Shown here: positions 51,031 through 63,945 of the stretch, piece after piece
Layout of the letters: each line of letters starts with the position of its first letter
Position numbering within the stretch: the stretch's first letter is position 1
Source of the DNA: Antedon mediterranea
Lineage: Eukaryota > Animalia > Echinodermata
Assembly: GCF_964355755.1 (NCBI RefSeq)
Contig: NC_092680.1
Span: 9,486,001-9,550,000, forward strand
Length of the DNA: 64,000 bases
Direction: 5' to 3'
Made by a program: the position numbers and the translations under genes
The notes under the pieces: generated by a model
Seen by the model: only the letters and a program-made list of their open reading frames with translations
What the model was told of the DNA's origin: nothing
The model's database searches: none

Positions 51031-52104
51031 ATGGCAAACAGAAATATTCCGAAAAAAACTGCCGAGAAAGCTAGGCCTCAACAGCGGGGGCTTAGTAGTG
51101 AATCAGTGATGCAGTGCTCTGCTGAAAAAGGTGGTGTTGCAGGGGTTGGAGCACATGGTGGGATAGGCCTAGGCCTAGAAGAGGCTGACAATTTTGGAAA
51201 GGCTATTTTTGTATGTGAAGGTAACGCAAACCAACCATGTGGGAAGGTGTTAATTGAAGGAAAGGATAACAGTATTGCTTGTGATGCCTGTGAAAAATGG
51301 TACCATATTAAATGCCAAAAGATTTCTAAAGCTCAGTATACCGCTTTCAGTGAGGAAGATTCTCCCCCATTTATTTGCATTTCTTGTAGAGGAAATGAGG
51401 GCTCAATTGCTAAGTTGTTCAGGGGCTCGCACATTTTAAATACACTAGAAGAGCGCTTTGCATCCATCGACTCATCCCTTAATGATGTAACGAGGCGTGT
51501 ATGTCAGTTAGAAGAGAAGACTGATTTTAAAGATAGTGAGGAGTTTAATTCCGCTGTTGACGAAAAACTAAACGATTTTAAAATTGAAATCGATGCTCAA
51601 CAAGCGAGGAAGCCGAACCTCATTATTCAGGGTCTTAAAGAATCAAATAAGTTAACATCAGACGAAAAGAAAGCAGATGATATTGAAATTGTTAAACGGA
51701 TGGCTTTGGTTGCCTGTGTTGGTAACGTTGATATTAAGACAGCTTTTAGGATTCATGATAATAACCCAAATACAAATTCTACCAAACCGAGACTACTTAA
51801 AGTTGTATTTACTGATGAAGCTACCAAGCTTAGTTTGTTGTCTGGTCAGACAAGAAATAAATTACAAAAATCTGCCGACTTTCATAATGTATTAATGTTT
51901 CCTGATCGAACCCTTAAGGAGAGAAAGGCTAGAAAACAACTCGTAGAAATGAGGAACAAAAAAAACTGGGAGCTCGAAAGTCGCGGGATAAAAGAAAAAC
52001 GATGGATAATAAGAAACGGGTTACTGAAGGAAATCAAAGTAGACGAAAATCACCCCGGTCAAACACAGACAGGCCAACGGCAAAAACCAAACCAAGCGAA
52101 TTAA
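51031..52104 (+). CDS. CR1 ORF1 with PHD finger, coiled coil and RRM/CTD-like region
   Basis: C..C..CDACEKWYHIKC..FICISC; RKPNLIIQGLKES; KPRLLKVVF; FPDRTLKER. Confidence 0.88.
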   Translation: MANRNIPKKTAEKARPQQRGLSSESVMQCSAEKGGVAGVGAHGGIGLGLEEADNFGKAIFVCEGNANQPCGKVLIEGKDNSIACDACEKWYHIKCQKISKAQYTAFSEEDSPPFICISCRGNEGSIAKLFRGSHILNTLEERFASIDSSLNDVTRRVCQLEEKTDFKDSEEFNSAVDEKLNDFKIEIDAQQARKPNLIIQGLKESNKLTSDEKKADDIEIVKRMALVACVGNVDIKTAFRIHDNNPNTNSTKPRLLKVVFTDEATKLSLLSGQTRNKLQKSADFHNVLMFPDRTLKERKARKQLVEMRNKKNWELESRGIKEKRWIIRNGLLKEIKVDENHPGQTQTGQRQKPNQAN

Positions 52105-53989
52105 AAAATCTTACATGCCTGTATACAAATTTAGATGGTTTATCGAACAAAAGAAACCTTTTCAGTTCATTGGTTGTGAAAGAAAACCCCCATCTTATTT
52201 TTGTTACTGAGACAAAGTTGGAAGAGAGTCACGATACAATTACTTATTTTGATACTAATATTTATTTAGTTTATAGAAGAGATAGAATTCCAAGTGATGG
52301 AGGTGGTGGCGTCCTAATCCTGGTGCGCTAGGATATTGTTTCTGAAGTTGTAATTGACGAAGTCTGGATTGATATAGAAGTGATAACTTGTCTATTGAAA
52401 TATGGAGAGAAATCTGCTCTTTATCGCTTGTGTCTACCGTAGCCCTAGCTCTCGAGGTGAATACAACCAGATGATCAGGGATACGCTGTTGAAATTTAAT
52501 TCATACAAAACTGACCAGATTTTAATTTGCGGTGATTTCAATATTAAAGATATAGACTGGGATACTCTTTCTACTAGACGCGGCGAATTGAGTGAACAGC
52601 AGAAACTTTTAGATGTAGTCAATGACTCGTTCTTGACGCAACATGTGACACAATTTACACGTGTAAGAGGAGACGACGAGCCTTCATTACTTGATTTAAT
52701 TTTTAGTAAACATGAACTTGATGTTGATATTTTACGTTATGATGCTCCAGTCGGGAAAAGCGACCATGCCGTTATAATTTTTGATTTTGTATTAGATTGT
52801 TTTGTTGATCAAAGCGCAGAAGAATATACTAAATTTAATTTGTTTAAAGGTGATTTCACTACAATGAATGCCCAACTCGCTGATGTTGAATGGGAAAGCT
52901 TGTTTGAAACCAAATCTGTCCAAGAAATGTGGGACATTTTTCACAATAAGATTAACTTTTTGATTTCTGATTGTGTTCCGAAAAACATTGTAAACACAAA
53001 TCTCCGCCCAAGTAAACAGAAATGGATGACAAAATTCGCACTAAATAAAGTTCAAATGAAGGAGGATGCATGGCAACGTTACAGACGTCAAAGGTCTAAC
53101 AAAAGACATAAATAATACTGTAAGGCTAGAAATGATGCTACTTCGGCAGTAAGAATGGCTAAATCTAATTTCGAGAAGGATGTCGCACTAAATGCTAAGA
53201 GAAATCCGAGGGCATTTTATAGCTATGTTTGTAGTCAAACTTCAATTAAGGAAGGGGTATCCAAACTAAAAAAACAGGATGGATCTTTTTCTTCCACCAA
53301 TCAGAAATCCAAAACACACTTATTCAATTGATGGTACAGTTCTTGATACAACCTCTGCTGAGAAAGACCTCGGAGTCTATGTAACATCTGACTGTAAAGT
53401 GTCGACACAAGTTTCTAAAGTTGCAGCCAAAGCCAATTCAATTGTAGGCCGAATACGGAAATCCTTTACATATATGGATATAAACAGATGTTCATGTCGC
53501 TTTATACTTCTCTTGTGCGTCCGGTTATGGAGTATGCAGTTCAAGCCTGGTCACCATATCTACAACAAGACATCAATAAACTTGAGAAAATCCAACAACA
53601 AGCAACAAAACTTGTACCAGAACTCAGAAATTTGCCTTATGAAGAGCGCAGGATACAGCTTGGTTTACCAACTTTACTGGAAAGAAGTGAACGCGGAGAC
53701 CTCATCTAAGTTTTTAAATTTTTGAATGGTTACGAAAATATAGATCGCCACTCCTTTTTTAAATTAGCATCTGAAGTTGGTCCAAATATCACTCGAGGCT
53801 CAACTTTTAAATTAAAGAAACCTAGATGGAACTCAACTAAACGGAATAATTTTTTTGATACTAGAGTAATTAAGTGGAACTCGCTGCCCGAATCTGTTGT
53901 CAATGGCAAGAGTGTAAATTCATTCAAAAACAAACTTGACAAATACACACACACACACACATATGAGAGAAGAGGCTCCCTACGAGTTT
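52100..53989 (+). pseudogene. CR1 ORF2 remnant (APE endonuclease + C-terminus)
   Basis: YTNLDGL, VTETKL, GGGV, VYRSP, GDFN, LDLIF, KSDH; stops at ~52329, ~53113 and ~53707. Confidence 0.85.
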
Positions 53990-55076
53990 AAAAACTCATT
54001 GCCTCTTAACTTTACTAAAGGTAAGAATTACTAAAGGTAAGAATTGGAGAGATACAACTAGTAAAATTCAGAATAAATGGCAAATTATCCCGCTTCTTGA
54101 ATGGGGACCGAGCAGTATTTGTAGAACGATTTAAAGGAAGCTTGCCGAGATTTCTTAAGATCAACAGCTTCAATGCTAGGCTTTTCCACAGCAACCAACA
54201 GATTGAAGTAACATGCTTTCAGTGTGGTCTTGTAGGGCACAAAATATATGAGTGCCCCAAAAAGATGGAAAATACAATCTGCCACATATGCCGTAAACCT
54301 GGTCACATGGCAAAGCATTGTAATAATGTTGCTAATACAACAGACTCTTATCAAATTAATGGCAATGTTGATTATGAAGAAAGTAATACGCAAGAAATAA
54401 ATGAAAAGAAACAAGACATAGAACAAGATGAAGAAGCGGATATTGAAAATGTTCAAGAAGCAAGGGAGCAGAATGAATCAGACCTAGAAGAACTTTTAAG
54501 CAAACCAGACAAACCAAAAAACATCTCAGATTATATCGAATTAGATGAAGGTAACAAATCAACGGAAACGAAAGAGCATCAAGTAACCAAGAACGAAAAA
54601 AAGAAACAAAAGAAAAAAAAATCAAACAACGTTGAACAATTGAATAAAATCACCGACAAGATTAGTAGTAACAAGAAGGGTTTGAGGCCGATCACTGATT
54701 TTGCAATTGCTAGTAACGCTGAGCCGGCAAGTACCGGTACTAAAGATCAAGCTACCACAGCAAGAGAGAACTTTGCAGCAGGAAAAAGAAAGAAACTCAC
54801 TGAAAGTGGAGAAAAAAACGCAGAAAAAAAGGACAAGAAATCCGACTCTGTAAGTTAAAATTGCTTGTCTGGTTCTACTGATACTATATGGTTGACATTG
54901 TTTTAACTTTAACATTTTTAATTTATTAAATAATTTTAAAAAACCCAAAAAAATGATGGTGTTTAACAAAAATATCGAAAGAAACACATGCGTGTTTGTT
55001 AATTTTTTGTATTATATGTGTTTGGTCATCCAATGGGTATATAAGGAGGTATTCTGTATATATGCATATATATTGA

Positions 55077-58000
55077 ATGAAAAAACAAAAAAATATAAAT
55101 AATTCTCTACATTTAATATCTCTAAATGTTAGAGGTATTAGAGAAAAGTATAAAAGGAAGAAGATATTCAATTGGTTAGATGACCAAAAGTTCGACATTG
55201 TTTTTCTACAAGAAACGCATCTTGATAAAAATGTTGTAAACTATAATAAGACGTTGTGGAAAGGCGCATCGTATCATAGTTTTGGAACGACGAAAAGTAG
55301 AGGCGTCTCAATATTTTTTAAATCAGGGTTTGATCCCAACGATATTGAGTGCAAATATAGTGATGATGAGGGTAGACTGATCATCCTTAGAGTAAAATAT
55401 AATGATAAAATGTTTTACTTCTTTAACATATATGCACCCAACAATTACAAAGAAAGGTATCTCTTTTTTAATAAATTAGAAAGAAAGATTGATAACTTAA
55501 GTATTACCAATGACGAATTTATAATTATTGGAGGAGATATGAATTGTATCTTAGATAGAAAATTGGATCAGAAAAATAGTGTAAATCTATATGACAGTTC
55601 ACCGTCTGCTTTAAAAAAATGTATGACTAAACATAACTTAATCGATATATGGAGACATAACAATAAAAATAAAACACAGTTTACATGGAGAAGGACAGAT
55701 ACATATAGAAGACTCGATTTTTGGTGCATATCGAGTTCCCTCAATAAAAATGGTGATGTTTTGTCTACAGACATTAGACCTTCGATATGCTCAGATCATC
55801 AGGCCATATCACTAAAAATATCCAATGATCAACATCAAGAAAAAAGAGGTCCAGGAGTATGGAAAATCAACAATAGTATCCTAAACGATAAAGAATACGT
55901 CCGAAAAATAAAAGGAATAATTGAAAATACAAAAAAAAATGAAAACAATCTGAGACCAGACGTGCTCTGGGAATTACTTAAAGTAAAAATAAAAGAATGT
56001 TCTGTAAAATTTTGTAAAAAAAAGAAAATGGAAAGAAATTTGGATAAAGTAAGCTTAATAAAAGAAGTCAACGAGCTTACACAAAAGCTTAATCAAGTAT
56101 ACGATGAAAGAATCGAAAAACAATTAATTACAAAAAGGGATAACTTAGAGAGCATATATTTAGTTGAAGCAAAAGGTGCAATTGTCAGATCCAGAATTGA
56201 TTGGTTTGAAAAAGGAGAAAAAAATAATAAATTCTTCTTAGGGTTAGAAAAGAATAATGCTAAAAGAAAACACATTAAATCTGTTTTAAAAAGTAATGGA
56301 AAATATACATCTAACAATGATGAAATTCTGAAAGAAGAAGTTCTATTTTATAAAAACATATACTCTAATAAAGAAATACCTCTAAACGATATGAACAAAT
56401 ATCTAAAGCACACAAAATTAAAAACGTTGTTAGAGGAAGATGTAATAAAATGTGAAGGTCTTGTAACAGTCGAAGAATGCACAAAAACGATTTTTAAAAT
56501 GAAAATAAATAAGAGTCCTGGTATTGATGGATTAAGTGTAGAATTTTATCGTACATTTTGGGAGAATGTAAAATATTTATTGTGTGATTCATTGAATTAT
56601 AGCTTTGTTAAAGGCATGTTATCAACAACACAAAGAAGAGGTATTATTAATCTTTTATACAAAAATGGACAGAGGGAAAACCTAAACAATTGGAGACCAA
56701 TAACACTACTTAATGTGGATTATAAAATATTGGCTCACATTCTAGCTAATAGGTTACACAACGTTATAGGTTCCATTATAAATGAAGATCAAAAAGGTTA
56801 TATTAAGAAAAGGTTTGGAGGAGAAAATGTAAGACTGGTAAACGACATACTAGACTACACAAAAGCAAAAAGTATGACAGGTGCTATTGTTTTTCTTGAT
56901 TATGCGAAAGCTTTCGACTCAATAGACAGAATACTGCTGTTTAAGGTTTTAAAACTCTTTGGTTTTGGAAATTCATTTATCAAATGGATAAAGGTTATGT
57001 ATAAAGAAACAGAATGTGTCATAGTAAACAACGGATGGTTGTCAGAAAAGTTTAAAATGGAGTGTGGTGTGAGGCAAGGCTGCCCATTATCTGCTTTGCT
57101 ATTTATTCTGGTATCAGAAATAATGGCAGTAAATATCAGAAATAATTCTAAATGTATAGGAATTACGTTACCTAATAGCAATGACGATGATGATAATATC
57201 GTTAAAATTGCTCAATTAGCGGATGACACCGTAATTTTTTCACATGACGAAGGTAGTTTAAAATATTTCTTTAATGAGATTGAGTCTTTTTGTAGTGTTT
57301 CAGGGTTAACATTAAATAGAAAAAAGACAAATGGTATGTGGATTGGTGTAAACGAAAATAGTGTTTCAAAACCATTAGATATTACATGGACTAGTGAACC
57401 TGTTAAATTTTTAGGAATCCATATAGGTTACAATAAGCATTTATGTGAAAAGAGAAACTGGGACAAAAAAATTACCAACCTAGAAAACGTATTAAATTTA
57501 TGGAAAAGAAGGAATCTTACCTTTTTTTGGTAAAATAACTATTATTAAAACACTTGCATTGTCTAAGTTTATATATAACGCAAGTATAATTGATGTTCCC
57601 AAAGATATAGTTAAACAAATAGAAAAACTATTATATACGTTCCTATGGGGAACCAGAAGGGAAAAGATAAAGAGAATAACCTTAATTAAAAATATTAAGG
57701 AAGGTGGTTTAAACATGCCAGATATTAGCTCTGTGGTTGAATCACTTAAACTGAATTGGGTCAAGCGACTGTTAAGTCCAGATCCAGGTAAATGGAAATG
57801 CATACCAAAATATTTCCTTCACCCAATTGAATATACAATAAAAAGTACTAAACTTAATGTACATGATCATGCTAACTTGAGAGATATGCCTACATTCTAC
57901 AAGAACATGATTAATGCTGTTGTAAAATTTAATAATATTGTGTATTCAGAACCAACAACTTTAATAGAAATAAAAAATCAACAACTATGGGAAAATAAGT

Positions 58001-58878
58001 TTATACTATCTAACAATAAATCATTGTACTTCAAATCATGGTTATATTCTGATTATAAAGTAATTGGTGACATATTTATAAATGATAGAGTATGTACCGC
58101 AGGTGAAATAATCTCAAATTTGTATAAAAAACATAATGGTTTAATCGAATATTTACAGCTTATGAATGCCATACCAAATGGGTGGAAAGAAATTATTAGA
58201 AAAGACAATACAAATAATCAAGATGTAGGTAATAATGACTCATTGTTGCATAAGAACATTAAAGGATCTATCTACTATAAATATTTTATAAACAAACGTT
58301 CCACTGAACCAGGTTCACAAAGAAAATGGGAATGTGAGCTAAATAACGTAGAAATAGATTGGAATAAAGTATGGTATTATAAGGTATACAAGATGAAACA
58401 TATAGTTAAAGTTGCTCAATTCAACTTTAAACTCTTACATCGAATATTACCGTGTAAAAAAAGATTAAAATTATGGAATTTGGCAGAAAATAATTTATGT
58501 GACAATTGTATAAATCAGATAGAAAGTGAACAGCACATGCTGTTTGAATGCAATGCCATTCAATGGACATGGCACAAATTTAAAGGTGTGCTGGCTAATT
58601 GCTTTCCAGCTGAAGATAATATTACATGGTTTAAAATTGTTACAGGAACAAAAAACAATATTGTAAATGAATTGATTTCTATGTTTTTATTCTGTATATA
58701 CAAGGTACACATAATATCCAATGGTGGAAGAAAAGATAAAGATGATAAAAAAAAAGATCTGGATTCTTTTCACTGCTGAAGTTAAAAATCTAATAGAAAA
58801 TGAACATATGTGTAACTTCATTAAGGCACAACGTAAATGGGGTGCAAAAAAGGAAACTCTGTTACAATTGATAGCATG
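55077..58878 (+). pseudogene. L1/Tx1 ORF2 (APE-RT-zinc motif), two frameshifts
   Basis: SLNVRG, LQETH, GGDMN, SDH, KSPGIDG, NWRPITLLN, GVRQGCPLS, QLADD, C..C..ESEQHMLFEC; frameshifts at poly-T ~57525 and poly-A ~58750. Confidence 0.93.
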
Positions 58879-59895
58879 AATATAGTCTGTATGAAGTGTT
58901 TTTTTTTTCATGTTTTCTAAAATGCAATATGTTTTGTTTATTTCCCAATTACAAATTGTATACAGAAGTAGAAGTAGTATTATAATAAGATGTCATCGGG
59001 TATGAAGCGTCTCACATACACACAGAGCCAAAATGGCATCTTGGACTTGCACGGTGTATGGACTCTAACCTTACGGTTTTCATTTAAATATTTCATTCCA
59101 CTCTATCATCCTTATCTAGTTTTCAAACTTTTGCATTCCTCTTTTTTCATCTCATCCTTTTTGTCTTGGTGAAAAGGGAGGATATTTTATATTCCTCCTC
59201 TGAGTTTATAGCCTCTCTACCAGAACATGAACAAGATTTTATAAGTACGTTTTTAATGACAGTTCATAGACTTTTATTACCATCTTTTATCTTTATATTT
59301 TAATTAACATCCTTTTAAAATTGTAAATGAAAGCATGGTTATTATATTGAAATTAATCATCTTTTTATGTAAATATGCCTACTTTTTAACTACTTGTTAA
59401 CCTGTAACAATCTTAGTAATATACAACAGAAATAGAAATATTCATACAAATAATTAATTGCCACAATGTACCTTTATTTTATATATAATATATATACATA
59501 TAAATCTGAGAATTATAATAAAAGTGGGAAGACCCCACACAAGACAAAAAAAAAAAATTAATGATAGCATAGTCTACGTATTTGATGAGATTTGTTTAGT
59601 AATGATGTGATTTCAGTTAAAAGAGAATTAAAATTATGATTAAGTATTGATTTTGTAACGAGTTTTTTGATAAAGATTAATTTTGAATTTTGATGATCGA
59701 TATATTGAGATATTGAAAAGAACGACAAGCATTTTGTAACAAATATTTTGTTTAACCTTTGAGTCGTTAATCTCAAGCATTAATTAATTGATATACAATA
59801 ACAGGAGATTTTCTTAGTACTTTTAATTGTAATTTTGTTGACATTGAGTACAAAAGTCGAATTTGTCGATTGATTGAAATCGTAATTACCAGTGT

Positions 59896-59961
59896 AACAA
59901 TTTTAGTGTATACCATGAACTTTCACACAGGGTTACAATTCAAAAATCAAAACGGTTCTGA
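59896..59961 (-). repeat. 66-bp perfect inverted repeat, right arm
   Basis: Exact reverse complement of 49451-49516. Confidence 0.92.
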
Positions 59962-60091
59962 AATTTTGATTACTAGTGTTTAACGAAAACACTAGTAATT
60001 AGACTAGGCCTTTTTTATCGATAAAGTCGTGACGATAATGATATATTGTGGATAAGTTTGTGTCAACGACACACACATTTGTTTCTTTTAA

Positions 60092-62927
60092 AGTTGTATT
60101 GTCCCCCAAAACATGAAAAATAAAGATGAAAAAAAATCAAATTTTGAATAGACCATTTTGTAGTTATAATAAAGTTATTCACTTTCGCCGAAAAAAAAAT
60201 CCGGAAAAAAATATTGATTTCGCTTATAAAAAATCAAAATAAGTTTACCCTTTTTTCGAACTCATAAGTTCAGAAATTCCAAAATAACGATGGTTAGCTA
60301 ACAGCTCATAAATATGCATGATATGTTAATGAGTATCCAAACAGGGGAGATCCGATCTGTTCACCACGTAAACAAACATGTGCGAAGAACAGAAGAAAGT
60401 GCTGGGGTTTCCCTGATCGTATGATGTAAAAAGCTCTGCCGTTAATTTGCTGGTAAGTAGAATTCTATTTTAGATGAATGACACATCCTCCTATAATAGT
60501 TTTTGGCGTATAGTTATAGGCTTAGCTATCTAGGCTAGGGCTATAATATAAGCCTACTTCTACTATCTAGTAGGGCCTAGGCCTAGTTAGTACTGTAGTT
60601 TACTACTGTGTAGTGTAGTGTAGCAGCAGCTGTAGGCAGGCAGATAATCGGGTCAGAAAAGTAGACGGGAACCCACTTTGAGGCCTAGCTAGGTCCTATA
60701 TATCGTACTCACCTAGCTAAGCCATCAATCCACAACTAGCTACAGGAAATAGGCCTACTATGTTGATGTACCACTGATATACATTTGGAGCTCGAATTAA
60801 TTTTAAAGTCTAAAAAAAGAATAACTGATGACAGAAACGAACATTTGGAAAATGATCAGCATACAGTACCAAAGAAGTTGACGGTAGAATAGATTGTTGT
60901 TGATAGCAACCAAAACGAAAACACTAGTAATTAGACTAGGCCTTTTTTAGGGAGGAGATGCACTTTTCAGGGATTCCTTACTGTACATTAGTACCCCAAA
61001 TTGAAAACTTCAGATTCATGTACAGAAATAATAATTATATGTATGCAATAAATTGTGAAATATTTAACTTTTCTATTTGACTTTTGTATTTATACATCAT
61101 TGTTTTTCAATTTATAGACTTAAGCTAATGAAGACTGGAACAGAAGTTACACCCATACAGCATTTTAAAGGCAACTGGCAGTAGACTCGGTAGTGGAACA
61201 CAAGATAAATATTGGATGACTATCATAAAGCATTAGGCAAATGTGTTGGTTGTTTTCCAGATTTTAAAATGTTGTATAGTTTTCATAATTCGAGCAATAA
61301 CATTTGTATACAGCATTAAATAAATAAAAAATACTACTACAGTACATGAGATAAAATCACCATAATTTTAATGTGTGAAGATTTACAGTACAGTACAATA
61401 AAAAATGAGTTAATTACTAGTATATTTCATTGAATTTCTGCATTATTGTTGACAATTTATTTTCAACTATTAATTGATGTGTTGATTGTGGCATTACAGC
61501 AATAGCTTGTCTTCTGTGATTGTTCATCCATTTTAAAGTGTCATAGTAAGAAACGTTCAAATAAATATTGTGAATGTTGCTACCACATTTTGTGTTGATT
61601 TCTTCACCATTTTCCACTACTTGCTCATATTGTTCATTCAAGTGTGTTAATACCTATTAAAAGAAAGACATTATTTATTAAAATATGTACATAAAAGGTT
61701 TAATTGTGTGAATGTTGGTTTGAACGTTATTGCTTTGGAAGAATTTTCAACATATCGGTACTAAGTACTGTAAAGTACACATTCCAAAAAATATTTAACT
61801 TAGATTATTTGGTCATTTTCTCTAAAATAATTACATTATTGGATGTACAGTATAGGCCTAGTTACAATTTTCACAAATTTATATTAGCATTAAAATCTAA
61901 TTAATCATGAAGGGAAAACCAAGCACCATAATCTCTCCTGGCCTTATTTTCTATTTTTGGCAGCCATTCACAAGTTTTCGCTTTTTGAGTTTCGCTGCTC
62001 TTATGTATAATTTTTTTTAATCACAAACTCTACATAGAAAAGAAAATTAAATAATTTAAAATGAATGAAAAGTGATATGAATAATGATAAATTAAAGACT
62101 ATTATTAATATTATAGTATTATACTAAAAATAAGACGAGTTGGTGGTGTCGAAATTCACACAAGTCACAATAAAACCATGGAGGTATAAAATATTTTATT
62201 TTTATACCTCCATGCTAAAACCTTATTCCTTACTCCATGCTCACAGATGAATGTTATAGGCCTAATCCTATTTAAAGCTAGGTTGGCAATAACTATTAAT
62301 AAGGCTTACAAGTTGTATCTATTAGTATTAGCTAGGCCTGCTACTCACTCAGGGTGAACCCTCAATCAGGCCTACAACTAGGCCTAGTACTACTACTACT
62401 ACTAGACTAGCTACTACTCTAGGCCTAGCCAATAGATATGGGATAGTACACTAGATAGCCAGTACAGCTGTAATGGGCTAGCTAGGCTTCCTATACTAAC
62501 TAACAAAGCTGCACCATAGAAACTACTACAGTTCTTACTTACCAATCTGCTAGGGCCTAGCCATAGTCTTTTCTTCAAGTAGGAGTTGTTTTTGTTGTTG
62601 TTAAACTACAGAACTTTCCCACATCGTCGTCTCGCCATATCACGTCGTATTTTTTTTCTGATGACCTAGGGGTCACATACACGCACAAGAATCATACAAT
62701 ATGCATAATTCATAAGCTAATTCAGGTCAAGGGTTAAATTAAACCGGAAGCCAGCTGGCTGCCAGCCAACCGACCGACTTCCGGTTGACTATTTTTTACT
62801 TTAAATTACGATTTTCTAAGGTAAATAATTTTTTTTTGATCCAATTTTTTTCAAAGTGAATAACTTTTATGTATCATTAAAATGGCCTTTAAAAAAAAAA
62901 AATTTTGTTCAGGGGGACAATACATCT
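60092..62927. mobile_element. Kolobok-like DNA transposon (TTAA target), decayed/non-autonomous
   Basis: 16-bp TIR AGTTGTATTGTCCCCC / GGGGGACAATACATCT (15/16) flanked by TTAA on both sides (60088-60091, 62928-62931); AG terminus rather than the piggyBac CCC. Confidence 0.75.
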
Positions 62928-63377
62928 TTAAAGTTTTAAGTGATTGAGTTTGATATTTTGAATCAATTTTGATTTTAGGCTGATCAGCCACTGTCAGTTT
63001 TCTTGAGTTTTATGTTTTGATTTGATGATTTAGTTTGAAGGCCATTAGAACGCGATGAGTTGTCGCACGATTTGATTGATGCATGTTCAATGTAACATAC
63101 TATTTTTAAGTTTTGTAATTTTATTTTTAACTGATTTATGTTTGATTTACGCGAATTTTATACCAAATTCAATTTTAATTTAATTTTTTTAAGAGAGAGA
63201 AGAGAGAGAGTGAAAGTGATAAGGTTACACTTCAGAGTCAATGGTTTTGGCTAACTCATTGCTTATATGTATAATAATGTTTTTTTTTCTTTTATATAAC
63301 TTTAATTTTGCATGCCACTATTATAACCATTTTTATATTTTAAATAGATTAGAAGAAAAAAAAGGGAAACAGAGGGA

Positions 63378-63945
63378 TGTAATATAATGATATACTTTAT
63401 AATTAAGAAATTGACCTTTGTATCAGAATTCAAATAAGTTCACAAACTTGACCCAGAAAGTCCAGAGGAGAGTTTGTTCAGATGTTTTAATGACCATTTA
63501 GTTTATAATAGAATCCCTAAAGAAAACACTTAGCTTAATTTTGTGACTTTTCCCATCCTGGATCAACTTAGGACCAATAGTTACCCTCACAGATGACGTA
63601 GTGACATATGCAAATGAACCGAAGCCAATATACCCCCAAGTTTCAGAAGAGCCCAGACACACCTTACAGCCACCTCACGGAGCACACACCTCACAGCCAC
63701 TTCTTCAGAAGAACATCTACACCTTACAGCCACCTCATGGAACACACACCTTACAGCCACTTCTCCAGAAGAACACCTTCACACCTCACCGACAGCATCA
63801 CTGATCCTCCGTTCCTTATCCTTAGTCAGTTAGTTAGCTGTATCATTATTATCGTATCAAGTATTATACTGAATAAACAATATGTGTTACGACAGTTAAG
63901 CGAGTAAGAGTCTTCATTAGTACCTCAACACAACACTATATTACA
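63378..63945 (+). repeat. 3' LTR with internal tandem expansion
   Basis: Direct repeat of 48185-48747; acacaccttacagccac units expanded at ~63655-63790. Confidence 0.92.

Larger units (their letters stand above)
50865..54042 (+). mobile_element. CR1-like LINE with both ends, RT domain deleted
   Basis: TSD ATTGGA (50859-50864 / 54043-54048); 3' tail of 2x ttactaaaggtaagaa; ORF2 jumps from the post-endonuclease linker (~53290) to EKDLGV..MEYAVQAWSPY. Confidence 0.9.
50481..54858 (+). pseudogene. L1/Tx1 ORF1, split by the CR1 insertion (50481-50864 + 54049-54858)
   Basis: Removing CR1 plus one TSD restores in-frame CKIIG|EIQLVKFRING; CFQCGLVGHKIYEC and CHICRKPGHMAKHC knuckles. Confidence 0.9.
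50118..59554 (+). mobile_element. Full-length L1/Tx1-like LINE (with CR1 inserted in ORF1)
   Basis: 11-bp TSD AAATTAATGAT (50107-50117 / 59555-59565); poly-A tail; ORF1 with two zinc knuckles; ORF2 APE-RT-Cys motif. Confidence 0.92.
48185..63945 (+). mobile_element. Non-autonomous LTR element (no gag/pol seen) carrying nested insertions
   Basis: LTRs 48185-48747 and 63378-63945 (TGTAATATA...TATATTACA); 4-bp TSD GTAA (48181-48184 / 63946-63949); PBS-like TGGTGGAAG at 48748; PPT ~63350-63377. Confidence 0.92.

Noticed and set aside
51031-52104. PHD-finger ORF as a host chromatin gene
   Set aside because: Intronless, directly upstream of an APE ORF and within TSD-bounded CR1
63601-63907. Repetitive His/Pro/Thr-rich ORFs
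   Set aside because: Translation of tandem repeats inside the 3' LTR
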